Source: an uncultured virus (IMG/VR IMGVR_UViG_2775506815_000003) (taxonomy: Duplodnaviria > Heunggongvirae > Uroviricota > Caudoviricetes). From it: 64,000 nt of DNA. Under the pieces are notes generated by a model. That model was given only the letters and a program-made list of their open reading frames with translations. It did not search any database and was not told where the DNA came from. This document shows positions 41,631-52,952 of this stretch, one piece after another. Location: positions 1-64,000 of IMG/VR virus record IMGVR_UViG_2775506815_000003. One strand, written 5' to 3'. Within the stretch, counting starts at the first letter, position 1. The number at the start of each line of letters is the position of its first letter. The position numbers and the translations under genes were made by a program.

Positions 41631-43943
41631 ATGCTAAGTTTTAAGTTTAAGTATCTTACAAGACCATCCAACGCTTATAAAATAAAGTATGGATTAGAGT
41701 CAAAATCTTTACCATATAAATTTAACTATCCAATAGGATTAAGCAATGGAAAATATATGTTTAGATATGATAGAAGGAATGAAATATTTATAGAAAAAGA
41801 TCCTGGTCCTTTTGTTAGATTTGGTAGTGAACTATATAAATTTAAAAATGATAATATATTTATTAAAAAATTAGATGAGATAGTCATAGATAAAGAAACG
41901 ATACTTAATAAAGAATTTAATAGCAGCTTGTTTAAAAGTAGTGAAGTAGTTTTAAAGAAACCAAATATAAAACACCTAGAAAAAGAAAAGTTTGTGTTAT
42001 TGAATTTTATAAATGAGAAATCTATGTTCATAGAAGAAGAAAAAATATTAATTAAGAATAATTTAAAGGATTTAATAATAGAAATTACAAATTTATTATT
42101 AAAACTAAATAAAGAAAAAAAATTAGAGATTGATAACAAAAACTACCTCCTAGATTCTTCTATAAAGCCTTTATTTAAGGATGTTGATATAAATACATTG
42201 GAAAGGATAAAAAATTCAATACAGAAGGAATATGAACGCATTTTAACCAAATGTCATATATTTTCCCTTGAAAAAGATGTAGCACTTAATGATTTGATAA
42301 AAAACTATAAAAAAGACTTCTTTTACAATAGAAACGAGATTCTTTTATATTTAAACAAAATAAAAAGTTCATTAATAGATGCTGAAGAATATAAAATAAA
42401 TAAAATTTTTTTAAAAGGTATTACTAAAGATATAAAAGGATTTGTATTAATTAAAGAAGAGACTAAAGAAATAATTTTAAAGGTTACCTTCTTATTAAAT
42501 AAAATTTCAAATAATTTTACTAAAGAAGAATCGGTAAATTTATATAGAATTATAAGGGAAACCTATAAAGAAAAAGAGCTGGCCACAAATATACTATTTC
42601 TTTATGCAGTATATGAATTAGAAAAGGATATTAAAGACAAAGATCTTCATGAAACTATTAAAGGGAATATTTTAAAAGAGAAATTGAATGATTTAGAAAA
42701 AGATTATAAAAAAGATGGATTTAAAGATAGTAAGATTAAGGAAATAGAAAAGCTAGTCATAAAAGAGATATTAGAGGAATTAAAGGTTATCATATTTAGA
42801 AAAATAACTAAACATGAAATAGATCTAGAAAATTATAAGCTGCTTGAAAAATTCGTGGAAAAACTAGTAGAAGTTGAAAATGACTTTGAAACTTTTGACA
42901 GAGAAATTTTAAAGGAATTATACCAGGAAAAAGATTTAGAAGGACTAATTAAAAAGTTCATAGTAAGAGAATTAATAACAGAGAACGAAATGAAGCAGTT
43001 AAAAAAGTTACCTATAGGTAATATTCTGCTAGATATAATAAAGGAATTAGAAAAAGTAAGTTATTTAGATATAAATATAGAGAAGGAAAAGAATTTAAAT
43101 ACTTCTGCCTATAGAGAAATAATGAAGAACAAAGTTAGTTTAGATACAGTTAGAAAACTTATAGTAATAGATAAAGATAAGGAGAAGGAACTTAAAATAG
43201 CTTTAAAAGAATTTGAAACACAATATATAGATGGAAAGACAGTGGATTTATATAAAAGGTTTTGGTTCATAAGAGCAACCGATCCAAAGGATTGGAAGAT
43301 ACTACCTTATAGTGATTATCCTTATGAAGAAAAGCCTTTATATTTTGGAAATGAACTTATTCCTGATAATTGGCAGCTGGAAATGATACCATCACTATAT
43401 AAAGAAATAAAAGAACATCCTATACCCTTTGGTAGTGATTTAGGGCTAAAGGAAATGGAGTTAAGTATAAATATAATGATTGAAGTTATAAACATACTAA
43501 TTCTTATATGGTCTAGATTGTATTACGATTTTACAGGGTATACAGGATCACAAGCAGTTATAAGACTTACTCAAACCTTATATGACTGGCTTATGCTTGA
43601 AACTTCATTAGAAGAAATGGAGAGAAAGGGTTCGAGAGAACACTATTTTAGATGTTACAGATGGATAAGGTGGGAAGCAGAAAAAGTATCTATAAAAGCA
43701 AAAGATGATATGAATTTAAATGGAAATAATTATATTAGTGAGCTTATATTTGAGCTTATTTATTATATGGAGAATCACCACTTTGACACTACACCTTTAT
43801 TTTATGCAGTAGAAAAAATGGATGAATTTAGAGCCTTAATTCCTTCTGATGAACCCCAAGGAAATATTAACTTTATATTGGATAAAGTTAAAGGAATAAG
43901 ACACAGAATAATAGAATGTAGATCTAAAAAGTCAAATGAATAG
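41631..43943 (+). CDS. Large tail-region protein with degenerate K/E-rich central repeats
   Basis: 770 aa, low-complexity middle, globular C-terminus. Confidence 0.6.
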   Translation: MLSFKFKYLTRPSNAYKIKYGLESKSLPYKFNYPIGLSNGKYMFRYDRRNEIFIEKDPGPFVRFGSELYKFKNDNIFIKKLDEIVIDKETILNKEFNSSLFKSSEVVLKKPNIKHLEKEKFVLLNFINEKSMFIEEEKILIKNNLKDLIIEITNLLLKLNKEKKLEIDNKNYLLDSSIKPLFKDVDINTLERIKNSIQKEYERILTKCHIFSLEKDVALNDLIKNYKKDFFYNRNEILLYLNKIKSSLIDAEEYKINKIFLKGITKDIKGFVLIKEETKEIILKVTFLLNKISNNFTKEESVNLYRIIRETYKEKELATNILFLYAVYELEKDIKDKDLHETIKGNILKEKLNDLEKDYKKDGFKDSKIKEIEKLVIKEILEELKVIIFRKITKHEIDLENYKLLEKFVEKLVEVENDFETFDREILKELYQEKDLEGLIKKFIVRELITENEMKQLKKLPIGNILLDIIKELEKVSYLDINIEKEKNLNTSAYREIMKNKVSLDTVRKLIVIDKDKEKELKIALKEFETQYIDGKTVDLYKRFWFIRATDPKDWKILPYSDYPYEEKPLYFGNELIPDNWQLEMIPSLYKEIKEHPIPFGSDLGLKEMELSINIMIEVINILILIWSRLYYDFTGYTGSQAVIRLTQTLYDWLMLETSLEEMERKGSREHYFRCYRWIRWEAEKVSIKAKDDMNLNGNNYISELIFELIYYMENHHFDTTPLFYAVEKMDEFRALIPSDEPQGNINFILDKVKGIRHRIIECRSKKSNE

Positions 43944-43954
43944 GAGGGTATACA

Positions 43955-44269
43955 ATGCCTAATAAAGTAAGAGTTATAGAGAAAAAATGGTCTGTACTTA
44001 CAAGGCCTTATTTTATGTATAATGGATCAGCAGTAGTAATGAATGATATACAAGCAAAACATCCTTGTCAGAATTCTAATGCACAATGTCCACAATATAC
44101 TTCTTTAGTAAACGGAAAAGACGCTTGGACTGTATATTATACGTCTACATCATTTGTAGAAATTAGAAATGCAGTAAGGAAGCTATTATATGAAGTAGGA
44201 TTAAAAAAAGAAGATATACAAGTAGTAGAGTTCGTAAATCATGATTATATCATCACACCATTAACTTAG
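43955..44269 (+). CDS. Hypothetical protein
   Basis: ORF with RBS. Confidence 0.55.
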   Translation: MPNKVRVIEKKWSVLTRPYFMYNGSAVVMNDIQAKHPCQNSNAQCPQYTSLVNGKDAWTVYYTSTSFVEIRNAVRKLLYEVGLKKEDIQVVEFVNHDYIITPLT

Positions 44270-44282
44270 GGGTGATTTTTTT

Positions 44283-45254
44283 ATGCATTTAGTTAAAGTT
44301 GAGGATGGGCTACTAGAGATAGACAATTTCCTTTTAACTTCTCCTATAGAAGATTTCCTGGGGAATGGTGAATATCACCGGACTCCGGATAAATTTATTT
44401 TACAAAAAGGTGAAGTTGAGAGACGACTAAATTATAATGAAGTACTTATTATTGTTGAGAAAGAACCTGTAATATTGGATAAGGATGATAGGTTTGAATT
44501 CTATTTAAGTGATGAAGAAAATAAAGCAGGAATAGAAGAAATCTATAATACTGAATATACTCGATATTGGAAACTAATATACCATGATGGCTTTATACAA
44601 GGATATAATTCGGATAATGCAAAGGAATGGTTTAATGTAGGAGGCACTAAGTTTAACAGACCTTTATATCAAGGCTTTAAAGCAAAAGGAAAAGAACTTA
44701 CTATAAAAAGTTATCAAGTGTATAGAAGCCCTTATATAACTATACAAAATTATTATCCAGGAACTTTAGTTAAGTTATTTGATGTTGAAGGTAATCTTAT
44801 AAAGGAAAGAAAATTTGAAGATAACAATGAATGTAACCTATTTTTAGATTATCCTATGTTAGGCACACTAGAATTTTATGATTCTTCAGGAGAGATGGTT
44901 TATAAAAGCAACCCCATATATTTTAAGTATGGGGATGTTTTTATGTTTACAGAATATAATCTTCAGTTATTCTACAGAGGGCAGTTGTTAACTCATGAAA
45001 CTACTACACTTTACAGTTTAGTAGAAACTGTAGTTTTAAAAAATAACTCAGAAGAGGTTTATAAGAACATTGAATTATCAATAAACAAAAACAATACTGA
45101 TGATATAACTATAAGTCTTGATAATATTGATTTTTATGAAAACTTATTAATAGATGAAATGAATCCAGGAGAAGAGCAAAAAATCTTCATAAAAATAATT
45201 AAAGATAAAACAACACTATTTAAGATGAATGACTTTACCCTAGAAATAACATAA
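44283..45254 (+). CDS. Tail-region beta-rich protein
   Basis: ORF in cluster. Confidence 0.55.
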   Translation: MHLVKVEDGLLEIDNFLLTSPIEDFLGNGEYHRTPDKFILQKGEVERRLNYNEVLIIVEKEPVILDKDDRFEFYLSDEENKAGIEEIYNTEYTRYWKLIYHDGFIQGYNSDNAKEWFNVGGTKFNRPLYQGFKAKGKELTIKSYQVYRSPYITIQNYYPGTLVKLFDVEGNLIKERKFEDNNECNLFLDYPMLGTLEFYDSSGEMVYKSNPIYFKYGDVFMFTEYNLQLFYRGQLLTHETTTLYSLVETVVLKNNSEEVYKNIELSINKNNTDDITISLDNIDFYENLLIDEMNPGEEQKIFIKIIKDKTTLFKMNDFTLEIT

Positions 45255-45266
45255 AGGAGTGATCTT

Positions 45267-45629
45267 ATGGATGCTTTGAGGGATAACAACAAAGTACCAA
45301 GCATGTTAGCAGCAGATACAGAAGGAAAAAGAACAATTCCTATAAAAGCCACTGAAAGTGGTTCCTTGATGGTAACGGGCAGTAAGAGACTTAAAGAAGT
45401 AATAAGAATTGATTTAAGTGATCCAAGAAATAAGATTTTATTTGATAAATCTTTCAGTGAAATAACTGTTCCATTAATAGAAGGGACTTTTAAATTATAT
45501 TTAGATGAACCAGTAGAAAGCAGATCTTTAACGATAAATAGAGCTTTAAGTATAGAAACTACTGCTGAGAAATTCTATATTTCTAACGATAGTAGCAAAG
45601 GCAATGCTGAAATATGGCTATGGGAATAA
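45267..45629 (+). CDS. Hypothetical protein
   Basis: ORF with RBS. Confidence 0.55.
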   Translation: MDALRDNNKVPSMLAADTEGKRTIPIKATESGSLMVTGSKRLKEVIRIDLSDPRNKILFDKSFSEITVPLIEGTFKLYLDEPVESRSLTINRALSIETTAEKFYISNDSSKGNAEIWLWE

Positions 45630-45641
45630 GGAGGAATAAAA

Positions 45642-46043
45642 ATGGCAGTTAAATTTTTTTCAACTGAAAATAATAGCGGGAATTGTGAAGGGGGAAACAT
45701 AAATGTAAAACAAGTAACAAAAATGAATGTTGTAGCCACCTCAGATAATCCACACGTTATAGAAATACCTATTCCATACACAAATACATTTGATAAATTA
45801 CCAATTGAGGTTTTGAAACTAGAAGGAAAAGAACAAGTAATAGTGGAAACAGTAGCTCAATTTGATAATGCAGATGCAACAGATTTTGAACCAAACGAAT
45901 TTGTAGAGTTTGATGGTACTATGCATCTAAAAACAGATTATGTATTTGATACTGAAGTAGCAAATGAAAAGGATGGAATCTATAGTTTTGATTTAAATAA
46001 GTTAGATGATTTTAAAGATTTAATAGATATTAAATGCATATAG
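45642..46043 (+). CDS. Hypothetical tail-region protein
   Basis: ORF with RBS. Confidence 0.55.
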   Translation: MAVKFFSTENNSGNCEGGNINVKQVTKMNVVATSDNPHVIEIPIPYTNTFDKLPIEVLKLEGKEQVIVETVAQFDNADATDFEPNEFVEFDGTMHLKTDYVFDTEVANEKDGIYSFDLNKLDDFKDLIDIKCI

Positions 46044-46055
46044 GAGAGTGTTAGA

Positions 46056-47816
46056 ATGGCTAATGGAAACTTTGCAGGAGGGGATGGCAGTCTTGCCAAT
46101 CCTTTTCTAATAGAAGATGCACATGATTTAAATGTAGTTAGGAATGGGTTAGATAAACATTATAAGCTAGTAAAAAATATAAATTTGGATATAGAACCTT
46201 ATAACCAAGGGGATGGATGGGAGCCAATATCTAAGTTCTGGGATGATGCAACTAGATTTAGAGGAGTAATAGACGGAGATGGACATTTTATAGTAGGTCT
46301 TTATAGTAAAATAAATGGATTAATAGGACATACAATAAATGCACAAATAAGAAACTTAAATCTAATAAACGTACATGTAGAAGGAAGTCACCCATACTTA
46401 GGAGGACTACTGGGGCATACAAGAAATACTGTAATAGAAAAATGTAATATAAGCGGGGTGGTAGATGGTAGAAGTAAAACGGAAATAAGTGAGAGTGATT
46501 TGGGTGGTTTGGTGGCGAGAGTTCACAATGGTGGAACTTTAAAGAATTGTAAATCATCATGTAAAGTCTATACTAATAGACATACTTATGTTGGAGCATT
46601 AGTAGGAGCTGTGATAGATTCAACAATAACGGATTGTGTGTCTATAGGAAATATTAAACTGAGAGGGGTCCAAACACATGGTAGTAGTGCAAGATTATTC
46701 TGGGATATGTCTCTATACGGAGGAAATGATGGCGGGCTTACAACTACTCAGATGCAAAACACACAAACATTTATAGATGTTGGGTGGGATAATATACTGA
46801 ATAATGATGAAAGTAATGTGTGGATTCTAGAAGAAGGGAAATATCCAGAGCTATGGTTTGAGAAGCTTGTTAAGTTAAAAAGATATTTGTTCCAGTGTGG
46901 TAACAATATCATGAAGCCAACGGAAAATGGATTAAGCAAAATAGGAGATATGCCAGCAACCAGTCAAATGTTTGATGATTATGGCACAGATGACTTAAGT
47001 GACATAATAGGCAAAGTTGATAAAGCCTTTGAAATGAAATACAAAGAAGATTTAGAGGATAGGAAATTATATAGATATAAATTAATTGGATTTAAAGATA
47101 TATGTATTTTAAGAAATGTAAAAGAAACAATTATAGACCCAGATATAGAGCTAGGAACACAATTATTAAATCCATTAGACGGTTATGAAAGATATTATGC
47201 AAATCATAGTAATTTTAGTTATACGGGAACCTGGGACATTTCTGGAGCTAATAATAATTATAAAACTACTACAACTCCTAATTCTACTGCTACGTTCATG
47301 GTTCCAAAAGATGGGGATTTATTACTTCTTGGTAATGTAAGATATAGCTTTAGACCATCAAAAATAGAAGTTTTAGTAAATGGTGTCTTAGATGGAAGAT
47401 TCAGCCAAGTGTATAGTGATGCAATAGACAATGGCAGAAGTCTTTCTGTATGGGCAATGGTGAAAAATATGAAAGTTGGAGATAAAGTGAAGATAGTTCC
47501 ATATGGCTTAACATCAAATGTTTTATTTTCACTACATGCTATAGATATAGGAGGAAAATTTAGAAATTTAATCTATAAGGATAACAAATACTACATCTAT
47601 CAAGATAATGAGTTTATAGAAGTTGAACCTACTATAGAAAATTTTGAGAAATATGGTATAGATTTATTGGATATAGTAACAACCCCCACTGATAAAGTAA
47701 GAACAACTATGGAAGCAAAAGGTGATTTAGGAGATGGAAGAGAATTTTCTAAAGTATTTGATATGACTGAATTTAAGAAACAATTTAGAAATATAAAGAA
47801 GATAAATGAGGTTTAA
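46056..47816 (+). CDS. GLUG-repeat beta-helix adhesin/fibre-like protein
   Basis: FAGGDGS..NPFLI, GGLVA/GALVG repeats. Confidence 0.75.
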   Translation: MANGNFAGGDGSLANPFLIEDAHDLNVVRNGLDKHYKLVKNINLDIEPYNQGDGWEPISKFWDDATRFRGVIDGDGHFIVGLYSKINGLIGHTINAQIRNLNLINVHVEGSHPYLGGLLGHTRNTVIEKCNISGVVDGRSKTEISESDLGGLVARVHNGGTLKNCKSSCKVYTNRHTYVGALVGAVIDSTITDCVSIGNIKLRGVQTHGSSARLFWDMSLYGGNDGGLTTTQMQNTQTFIDVGWDNILNNDESNVWILEEGKYPELWFEKLVKLKRYLFQCGNNIMKPTENGLSKIGDMPATSQMFDDYGTDDLSDIIGKVDKAFEMKYKEDLEDRKLYRYKLIGFKDICILRNVKETIIDPDIELGTQLLNPLDGYERYYANHSNFSYTGTWDISGANNNYKTTTTPNSTATFMVPKDGDLLLLGNVRYSFRPSKIEVLVNGVLDGRFSQVYSDAIDNGRSLSVWAMVKNMKVGDKVKIVPYGLTSNVLFSLHAIDIGGKFRNLIYKDNKYYIYQDNEFIEVEPTIENFEKYGIDLLDIVTTPTDKVRTTMEAKGDLGDGREFSKVFDMTEFKKQFRNIKKINEV

Positions 47817-47858
47817 AATAATAGTTTGATATTATTTAGAGAGGAGGAAAGAGAATAA

Positions 47859-49397
47859 GTGAACATACATCGATTAATGAAAGAACATGGGGTAGCTTGG
47901 TGGAAATGTAAAAATGATACAGATGATATTTTAGTAGATGAACTTGGCATATATAACGGAACTGTTAAAGGAGCTAAGTTAATTGATACTTCTATAGGAA
48001 AAGCTAGAAGATTTGAGGGTGGAAGTAATATTATAGAATTTAATTCTATAGTAATTCCAAAAACTGGAGCTTGTTCAATCAGATTTAAAATGATGATACC
48101 AGAAATACCAACTAGTTTAGGGCGAATATTATCAACAAGAAATACTACTGCTGAGAACGGAATATATATAATAATAAAAGAAACAGGGGATATAGAAGTC
48201 GCCTTGTTTGATGTTGGAAATCCAAGTACTTCAGTGGCTACATTGAGATATCCTTTTCCAATAGATGGACAATGGCATGACATTGGAATTATATGGTCTG
48301 ATACTATCAAAGGTAGTGATGTTAAGTTATATATAGATAATATGTCAACTCCAGTAAAAGAAACTTTTACAAGTAATCCAATAAGTTTTAATATGGCAAA
48401 TGTGCTAAGGATAGGGAATGTTTCTCAATTAAATCAAGGCTTAGTAGGGGATATTACACAAGTAGAGATTTTTAATTCAGTTATAGATTTTTCAAAAGTA
48501 ATATATAGTAATAATAAATATTTAATAAAATCTCAAAATAAAGTTAATACACTATTTGAAGGAGTATGGACTGATATTACAGAAAATATAATAGATATAG
48601 ATAACATAACCCAAGAAGAATATAAACAATATGGAATGAAATTTTTAGAAGATGTTCCAATAGATTTTATAAATCAATTAAAAGAATTTGAAGTTTTAGC
48701 TTATTCAAAAGATGATGAAAATCCTAAACTAGAATTAACTGTTGATGAATATAAACCTATTATGACTTTAGATGACCCAGAAATAGTTACACTAACAGAT
48801 TCCAATAATCCACTATTACATATAGAAGGGTATAGAGATTTAAGACCTTATTGTAAGAGTGATGTTAAGAATCTGTTAATACAGTCTTCTATAGAGCCAA
48901 ATATGAAAATAACAAGTGTACCTAAGCCACAATTAATTAAGCCAAAGGATGATATTGTATTTAGAGAACTAAGTAAAGTATTAGACTTTCAAGTAATTGC
49001 AACAGAATCAAATGAGGGAAGAATAAGAATTATATTTAGTATAGATAGCGGAGCTACTTGGATGACATACAATGAAGCTACACAAGATTTTGTAGAAATA
49101 AACGAACAAGATTTAGATGAAGTTGAGGAAAATGGAATAAAAATATCTGTACTTAATTCAATAAAAGAAAAATGGGGAGATATTGTTACAAAAGGCAAAG
49201 TTAGATTCGCATACTACTTAAAAATTGATAATCTATCTGATACAGCAGAAATTGATGAGTTAATAGCTACTTTAAATATTTTAGGATTTTGGGAATCTAC
49301 AATACATGAAGAAGATTATGATTATAGATATGATAATGTTACTATTTATATAGAATTATATAGAGATGGGAGTTACAAGATAAATTATACAGAATAG
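47859..49397 (+). CDS. LamG-like domain protein with shared C-terminal module
   Basis: DGQWHDI, LYIDN; SIDSGATW..RFAYYL..DGSYKINY. Confidence 0.7.
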   Translation: MNIHRLMKEHGVAWWKCKNDTDDILVDELGIYNGTVKGAKLIDTSIGKARRFEGGSNIIEFNSIVIPKTGACSIRFKMMIPEIPTSLGRILSTRNTTAENGIYIIIKETGDIEVALFDVGNPSTSVATLRYPFPIDGQWHDIGIIWSDTIKGSDVKLYIDNMSTPVKETFTSNPISFNMANVLRIGNVSQLNQGLVGDITQVEIFNSVIDFSKVIYSNNKYLIKSQNKVNTLFEGVWTDITENIIDIDNITQEEYKQYGMKFLEDVPIDFINQLKEFEVLAYSKDDENPKLELTVDEYKPIMTLDDPEIVTLTDSNNPLLHIEGYRDLRPYCKSDVKNLLIQSSIEPNMKITSVPKPQLIKPKDDIVFRELSKVLDFQVIATESNEGRIRIIFSIDSGATWMTYNEATQDFVEINEQDLDEVEENGIKISVLNSIKEKWGDIVTKGKVRFAYYLKIDNLSDTAEIDELIATLNILGFWESTIHEEDYDYRYDNVTIYIELYRDGSYKINYTE

Positions 49398-51082
49398 AGG
49401 TGATTTAGATGGCTAATGGATTGTTTGCAGGTGGAGATGGTAGTGCTAATAATCCTTATTTGATTGAGGATGCTCATGATTTGGATGCTATTAGAAATGG
49501 ATTAGATAAGCACTATAGACTTATAAATGATATTGATTTAAATATAGAACCTTATAATGAAGGAGGAGGATGGAATCCTATAGGAAGTTTACAGATCCCA
49601 TTCGCTGGGAGCTTCAATGGGGATGGTCATAAGATAGAAAATTTGTATATCAATAGACCAAATGGGAGTTATCAAGGCTTATTTTCTACTATTATTAATA
49701 GTAGTTTGAAAAACATTACACTAGAAAAAGTAAATATTACAAGCCGTTCTAATATCGGAAGTTTAGTAGGGATAACGAGAGGTTCTAGTACAATAGAAAA
49801 TGTAAGCTCTACAGGAACTGTTAGAGTAAGCACGATTTCTGGAGGATTGATTGGAAGAGTTGATTGGAGAGAAGAAGACGAAGTATATATAAAATCTTTA
49901 AAATTTGATGGAGAGATTATTGGTGGTTCAGAAGACGGTGGAGAAGTGTCATATATAGGTGGGATTATAGGAATTTTGAAAGGGAACATAGAGAATTCTT
50001 ACTTTACGGGGAAAATAACATTTAAAAATAATGTTTTAAGATGTGGTGGAATTGTAGGGAATGTTTACCCTGATAGTAAGATAAAAAACACATATGCTAG
50101 TAACAAATTTGATATATCAGTAGTAGAGACAATCACACAACTAGGCGGAGTATTTGGGTATTTATCTAATGCAACAACTTCTGTAGTTACTAATTCATTT
50201 TGGAATATAGAAACATCTGGAATCACAACACCTGCAGTTGGAAGTACTGGGTTAACAACTCAACAAATGAAAGCAGTTCAAACATTTATAGATGCAGGTT
50301 GGGATAAAGAGCTAAATGATGAAGGTAATCCTATATGGATTTTAAAAGATGGAGAATACTCTAAATTATGGTTTGAACAAGAAACGAAACCAAATCTATA
50401 TTTATTCCAATGTGGTAATAGTATAATAACTACAAAAAAAGATGGCTCATTAGAAAAAGTAGGAGAAATACCAGTTACAAAAGAAATGTTTGATGAGTAT
50501 GGTATAGAATATTTACCGAATACTATAGGACAAATTAGCAATGAAGAACCTAAAAAATTATTAATAAATTCAATAATAGAACCTAAAATTAATATTACTT
50601 CTATACCAAAACCACAAATGATATTTCCAACAGGAGACATAATCATCCCAAGTGGAGCAAATCTATTAAATGTAGCTGTTGATGGTAAATCAAATAATGA
50701 CTTAGTAAAGATGATATTTAGTATAGATAGTGGAAATACATGGTTAACAATAGATGAATCTAATAATATAATCCAGATAGACCATAACAATCTAGGTGAT
50801 GTAAAAAATAAAGGTATGACATTATCTATGATAAACAATGTAGGGTCAATCTGGAGTAATCTGGTGTCTGACAAAATAAGATTTGCATATTATCTAGAGA
50901 TAGAATCATTAGATGATGAGGAATATCTAGATAATTTAGACATAACTCTATATGTACCTGCAAAATGGGAAGCTATAGATGAGTATAGATATGGATATGG
51001 AAATGAAAAAATCCATGTTCGATTATATAAAGATGGAAGTTACAAGATAAATTATACAGAATAGAGGTGATTTAGATGGCTA
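49371..51082 (+). repeat. 45-bp exact direct repeat at gene junctions (49371-49415, 51038-51082)
   Basis: AGTTACAAGATAAATTATACAGAATAGAGGTGATTTAGATGGCTA twice. Confidence 0.9.
49409..51064 (+). CDS. GLUG-repeat protein with shared C-terminal module
   Basis: N-terminus paralogous to 46056, C-terminus to 47859. Confidence 0.75.
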   Translation: MANGLFAGGDGSANNPYLIEDAHDLDAIRNGLDKHYRLINDIDLNIEPYNEGGGWNPIGSLQIPFAGSFNGDGHKIENLYINRPNGSYQGLFSTIINSSLKNITLEKVNITSRSNIGSLVGITRGSSTIENVSSTGTVRVSTISGGLIGRVDWREEDEVYIKSLKFDGEIIGGSEDGGEVSYIGGIIGILKGNIENSYFTGKITFKNNVLRCGGIVGNVYPDSKIKNTYASNKFDISVVETITQLGGVFGYLSNATTSVVTNSFWNIETSGITTPAVGSTGLTTQQMKAVQTFIDAGWDKELNDEGNPIWILKDGEYSKLWFEQETKPNLYLFQCGNSIITTKKDGSLEKVGEIPVTKEMFDEYGIEYLPNTIGQISNEEPKKLLINSIIEPKINITSIPKPQMIFPTGDIIIPSGANLLNVAVDGKSNNDLVKMIFSIDSGNTWLTIDESNNIIQIDHNNLGDVKNKGMTLSMINNVGSIWSNLVSDKIRFAYYLEIESLDDEEYLDNLDITLYVPAKWEAIDEYRYGYGNEKIHVRLYKDGSYKINYTE

Positions 51083-51594
51083 TAGGTAATCGAAACAGTG
51101 GAACCCAAGTATCAAAAAATTATTGGGATATAGAAGCAAGTGGTCAAACTACATCTGAAGGAGCAGCAGGAAAGACTACACAAGAAATGAAGACACCTTC
51201 TACCTATAGATGGGAGCATATATATAATCCGGAGAATAATAATGAGAAAGTATGGATTCTCAAAGAGGATGAATATCCTAGGTTATGGTATGAAGCTGGA
51301 CTAAATAGAAAAAAATACTTAGTTCATGATACAAGAAATGGGTACTTATATACAATTAAAAATGATAAACTAGAACCTATAAATTCCATGATACCTATAG
51401 AGGTTAATGATTTTGAAAAAGGAACGGAAGAATTATCAGATATTATTGGAGAAAGAGAAATATCTGCAAATATGAAAAAAGTATCTGATAAAGAGTTTGA
51501 GGATTATAATGTTTATGAGTATCCAATTTGTGGTTATAGCAGATTATATAAAATAAATATTTATGGTAAAGGAATACCAAATATAAAGGGGTGA
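51076..51594 (+). CDS. Shortened GLUG-paralogue
   Basis: YWDIE.SG, KTTQEMK, VWILKE.EYP.LW only. Confidence 0.55.
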   Translation: MAIGNRNSGTQVSKNYWDIEASGQTTSEGAAGKTTQEMKTPSTYRWEHIYNPENNNEKVWILKEDEYPRLWYEAGLNRKKYLVHDTRNGYLYTIKNDKLEPINSMIPIEVNDFEKGTEELSDIIGEREISANMKKVSDKEFEDYNVYEYPICGYSRLYKINIYGKGIPNIKG

Positions 51595-51601
51595 TTAAGC
51601 A

Positions 51602-52894
51602 ATGAGTGAAGTAATAAAATGGGATAAAATTGGAGACTATATTATATTATCTGAAAATGGGTTGACATTATCTAGAGAAGTCTTACACTCTAGTGCATAT
51701 TATCAAGGGGCAATAGCAAACTCAAATGGAAAATCTGGAAAATTCTATTGGGAAATAGATATGTTGTCAGTTAAAAACTATATAATGGTTGGATTATTAA
51801 ATTCAACGGCAAATATTCAGAGTATGGGCAGAACTGTTGAAGATGCCCAAAAAGCTATACCACTTTCAAGAAGCTATAGTTCATCGGCCACGGGAAGTAC
51901 TATAAGAATTAAATTTGATACTATAAATAGGGTTTTAGAAGTTGATGATTATAAAATTACTAATGCAGGGGGTTTTCCAGCAGTAGTAATGTCTCCAGCT
52001 GTAGGTAATTCTATAAGAGCTAATTTTGGGGCTACTCCATTTAAATACCCTATTCCAGAAGGATATAGGCCATATAATGATGTAGAAGAGGGAGAAATGC
52101 CCGATTGTTTTCATTATTCTTTAATAAAGTCTGAAAATAAATATTATGATATTGATTTAGATAATAGTTCTTTGTTTGAAGTTCCTTTTGAATTAGAATC
52201 ATTCATAAATAGTAATGTAAATACTGAAACAATAAAATCTATGGATGATTCAGGAAAATTGTTAGTTAATAATCTTCTGAACCCTATTATAACATCTATA
52301 AGTGAATCAGACTTGATGATTGAGATATCAGCATTTAGAGATATAAGAGTTACAACAAGTTTAGATTTACAATTAGATATATTAAGCATAGATAAACCTG
52401 CTATAGACTTAAAAGCTATTCCAAAACCACAAATAATTATTTCAAAAGATAATATACCAATACCAGTAAATGCAAGAATAATGGATATGAACTTAATTGC
52501 TACAGAAAATAAAGGTTCTTTAAGAATCATTTTTAGTACAGATGATGGAGTAACTTGGAATACTTTAAATAAAGAAGAATTAAATGTAATAAACATAGAT
52601 ATAAATAATTTAGATGAAGTAAAGAAAAAAGGTTTAAATATAGATGATTTTAATAACATAGGATGGATGTGGGATTCTATTATAAAGAAAAATAAAATAA
52701 GATTTGCATATTATCTAGAAATAGATAGTAAAGAAGATAAAGCAGAGACCAAAGAAATGAATGCTGTATTTACTGTAATAAGTACTTGGAAAAAAGCTAA
52801 ACATAAAAAAGCTTTCAACTATGAATACACAAATACTAAACTTATAGTAGAAATCTATAATGATGGAAGCTATAAAATCAATTATAAAGAGTAA
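51602..52894 (+). CDS. SPRY-like domain protein with shared C-terminal module
   Basis: SGKFYWEI, ANFGATPFKYPIPEGY; RFAYYL..DGSYKINY. Confidence 0.75.
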   Translation: MSEVIKWDKIGDYIILSENGLTLSREVLHSSAYYQGAIANSNGKSGKFYWEIDMLSVKNYIMVGLLNSTANIQSMGRTVEDAQKAIPLSRSYSSSATGSTIRIKFDTINRVLEVDDYKITNAGGFPAVVMSPAVGNSIRANFGATPFKYPIPEGYRPYNDVEEGEMPDCFHYSLIKSENKYYDIDLDNSSLFEVPFELESFINSNVNTETIKSMDDSGKLLVNNLLNPIITSISESDLMIEISAFRDIRVTTSLDLQLDILSIDKPAIDLKAIPKPQIIISKDNIPIPVNARIMDMNLIATENKGSLRIIFSTDDGVTWNTLNKEELNVINIDINNLDEVKKKGLNIDDFNNIGWMWDSIIKKNKIRFAYYLEIDSKEDKAETKEMNAVFTVISTWKKAKHKKAFNYEYTNTKLIVEIYNDGSYKINYKE

Positions 52895-52952
52895 CCCTGA
52901 GAAGGGATTTTTTTATGCCCTTTTTAAGAAAAAATTTAGGAGGAGATGGAAA

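Noticed and set aside
41726..52659. Minus-strand ORFs overlapping structural genes (also elsewhere in the track)
   Set aside because: Antisense shadows rich in S/F/I/L, without RBS or motifs
46056..52894. Diversity-generating retroelement or invertible shufflon
   Set aside because: No reverse transcriptase or adenine-specific TR/VR pair seen; repeats are direct and no invertase is adjacent
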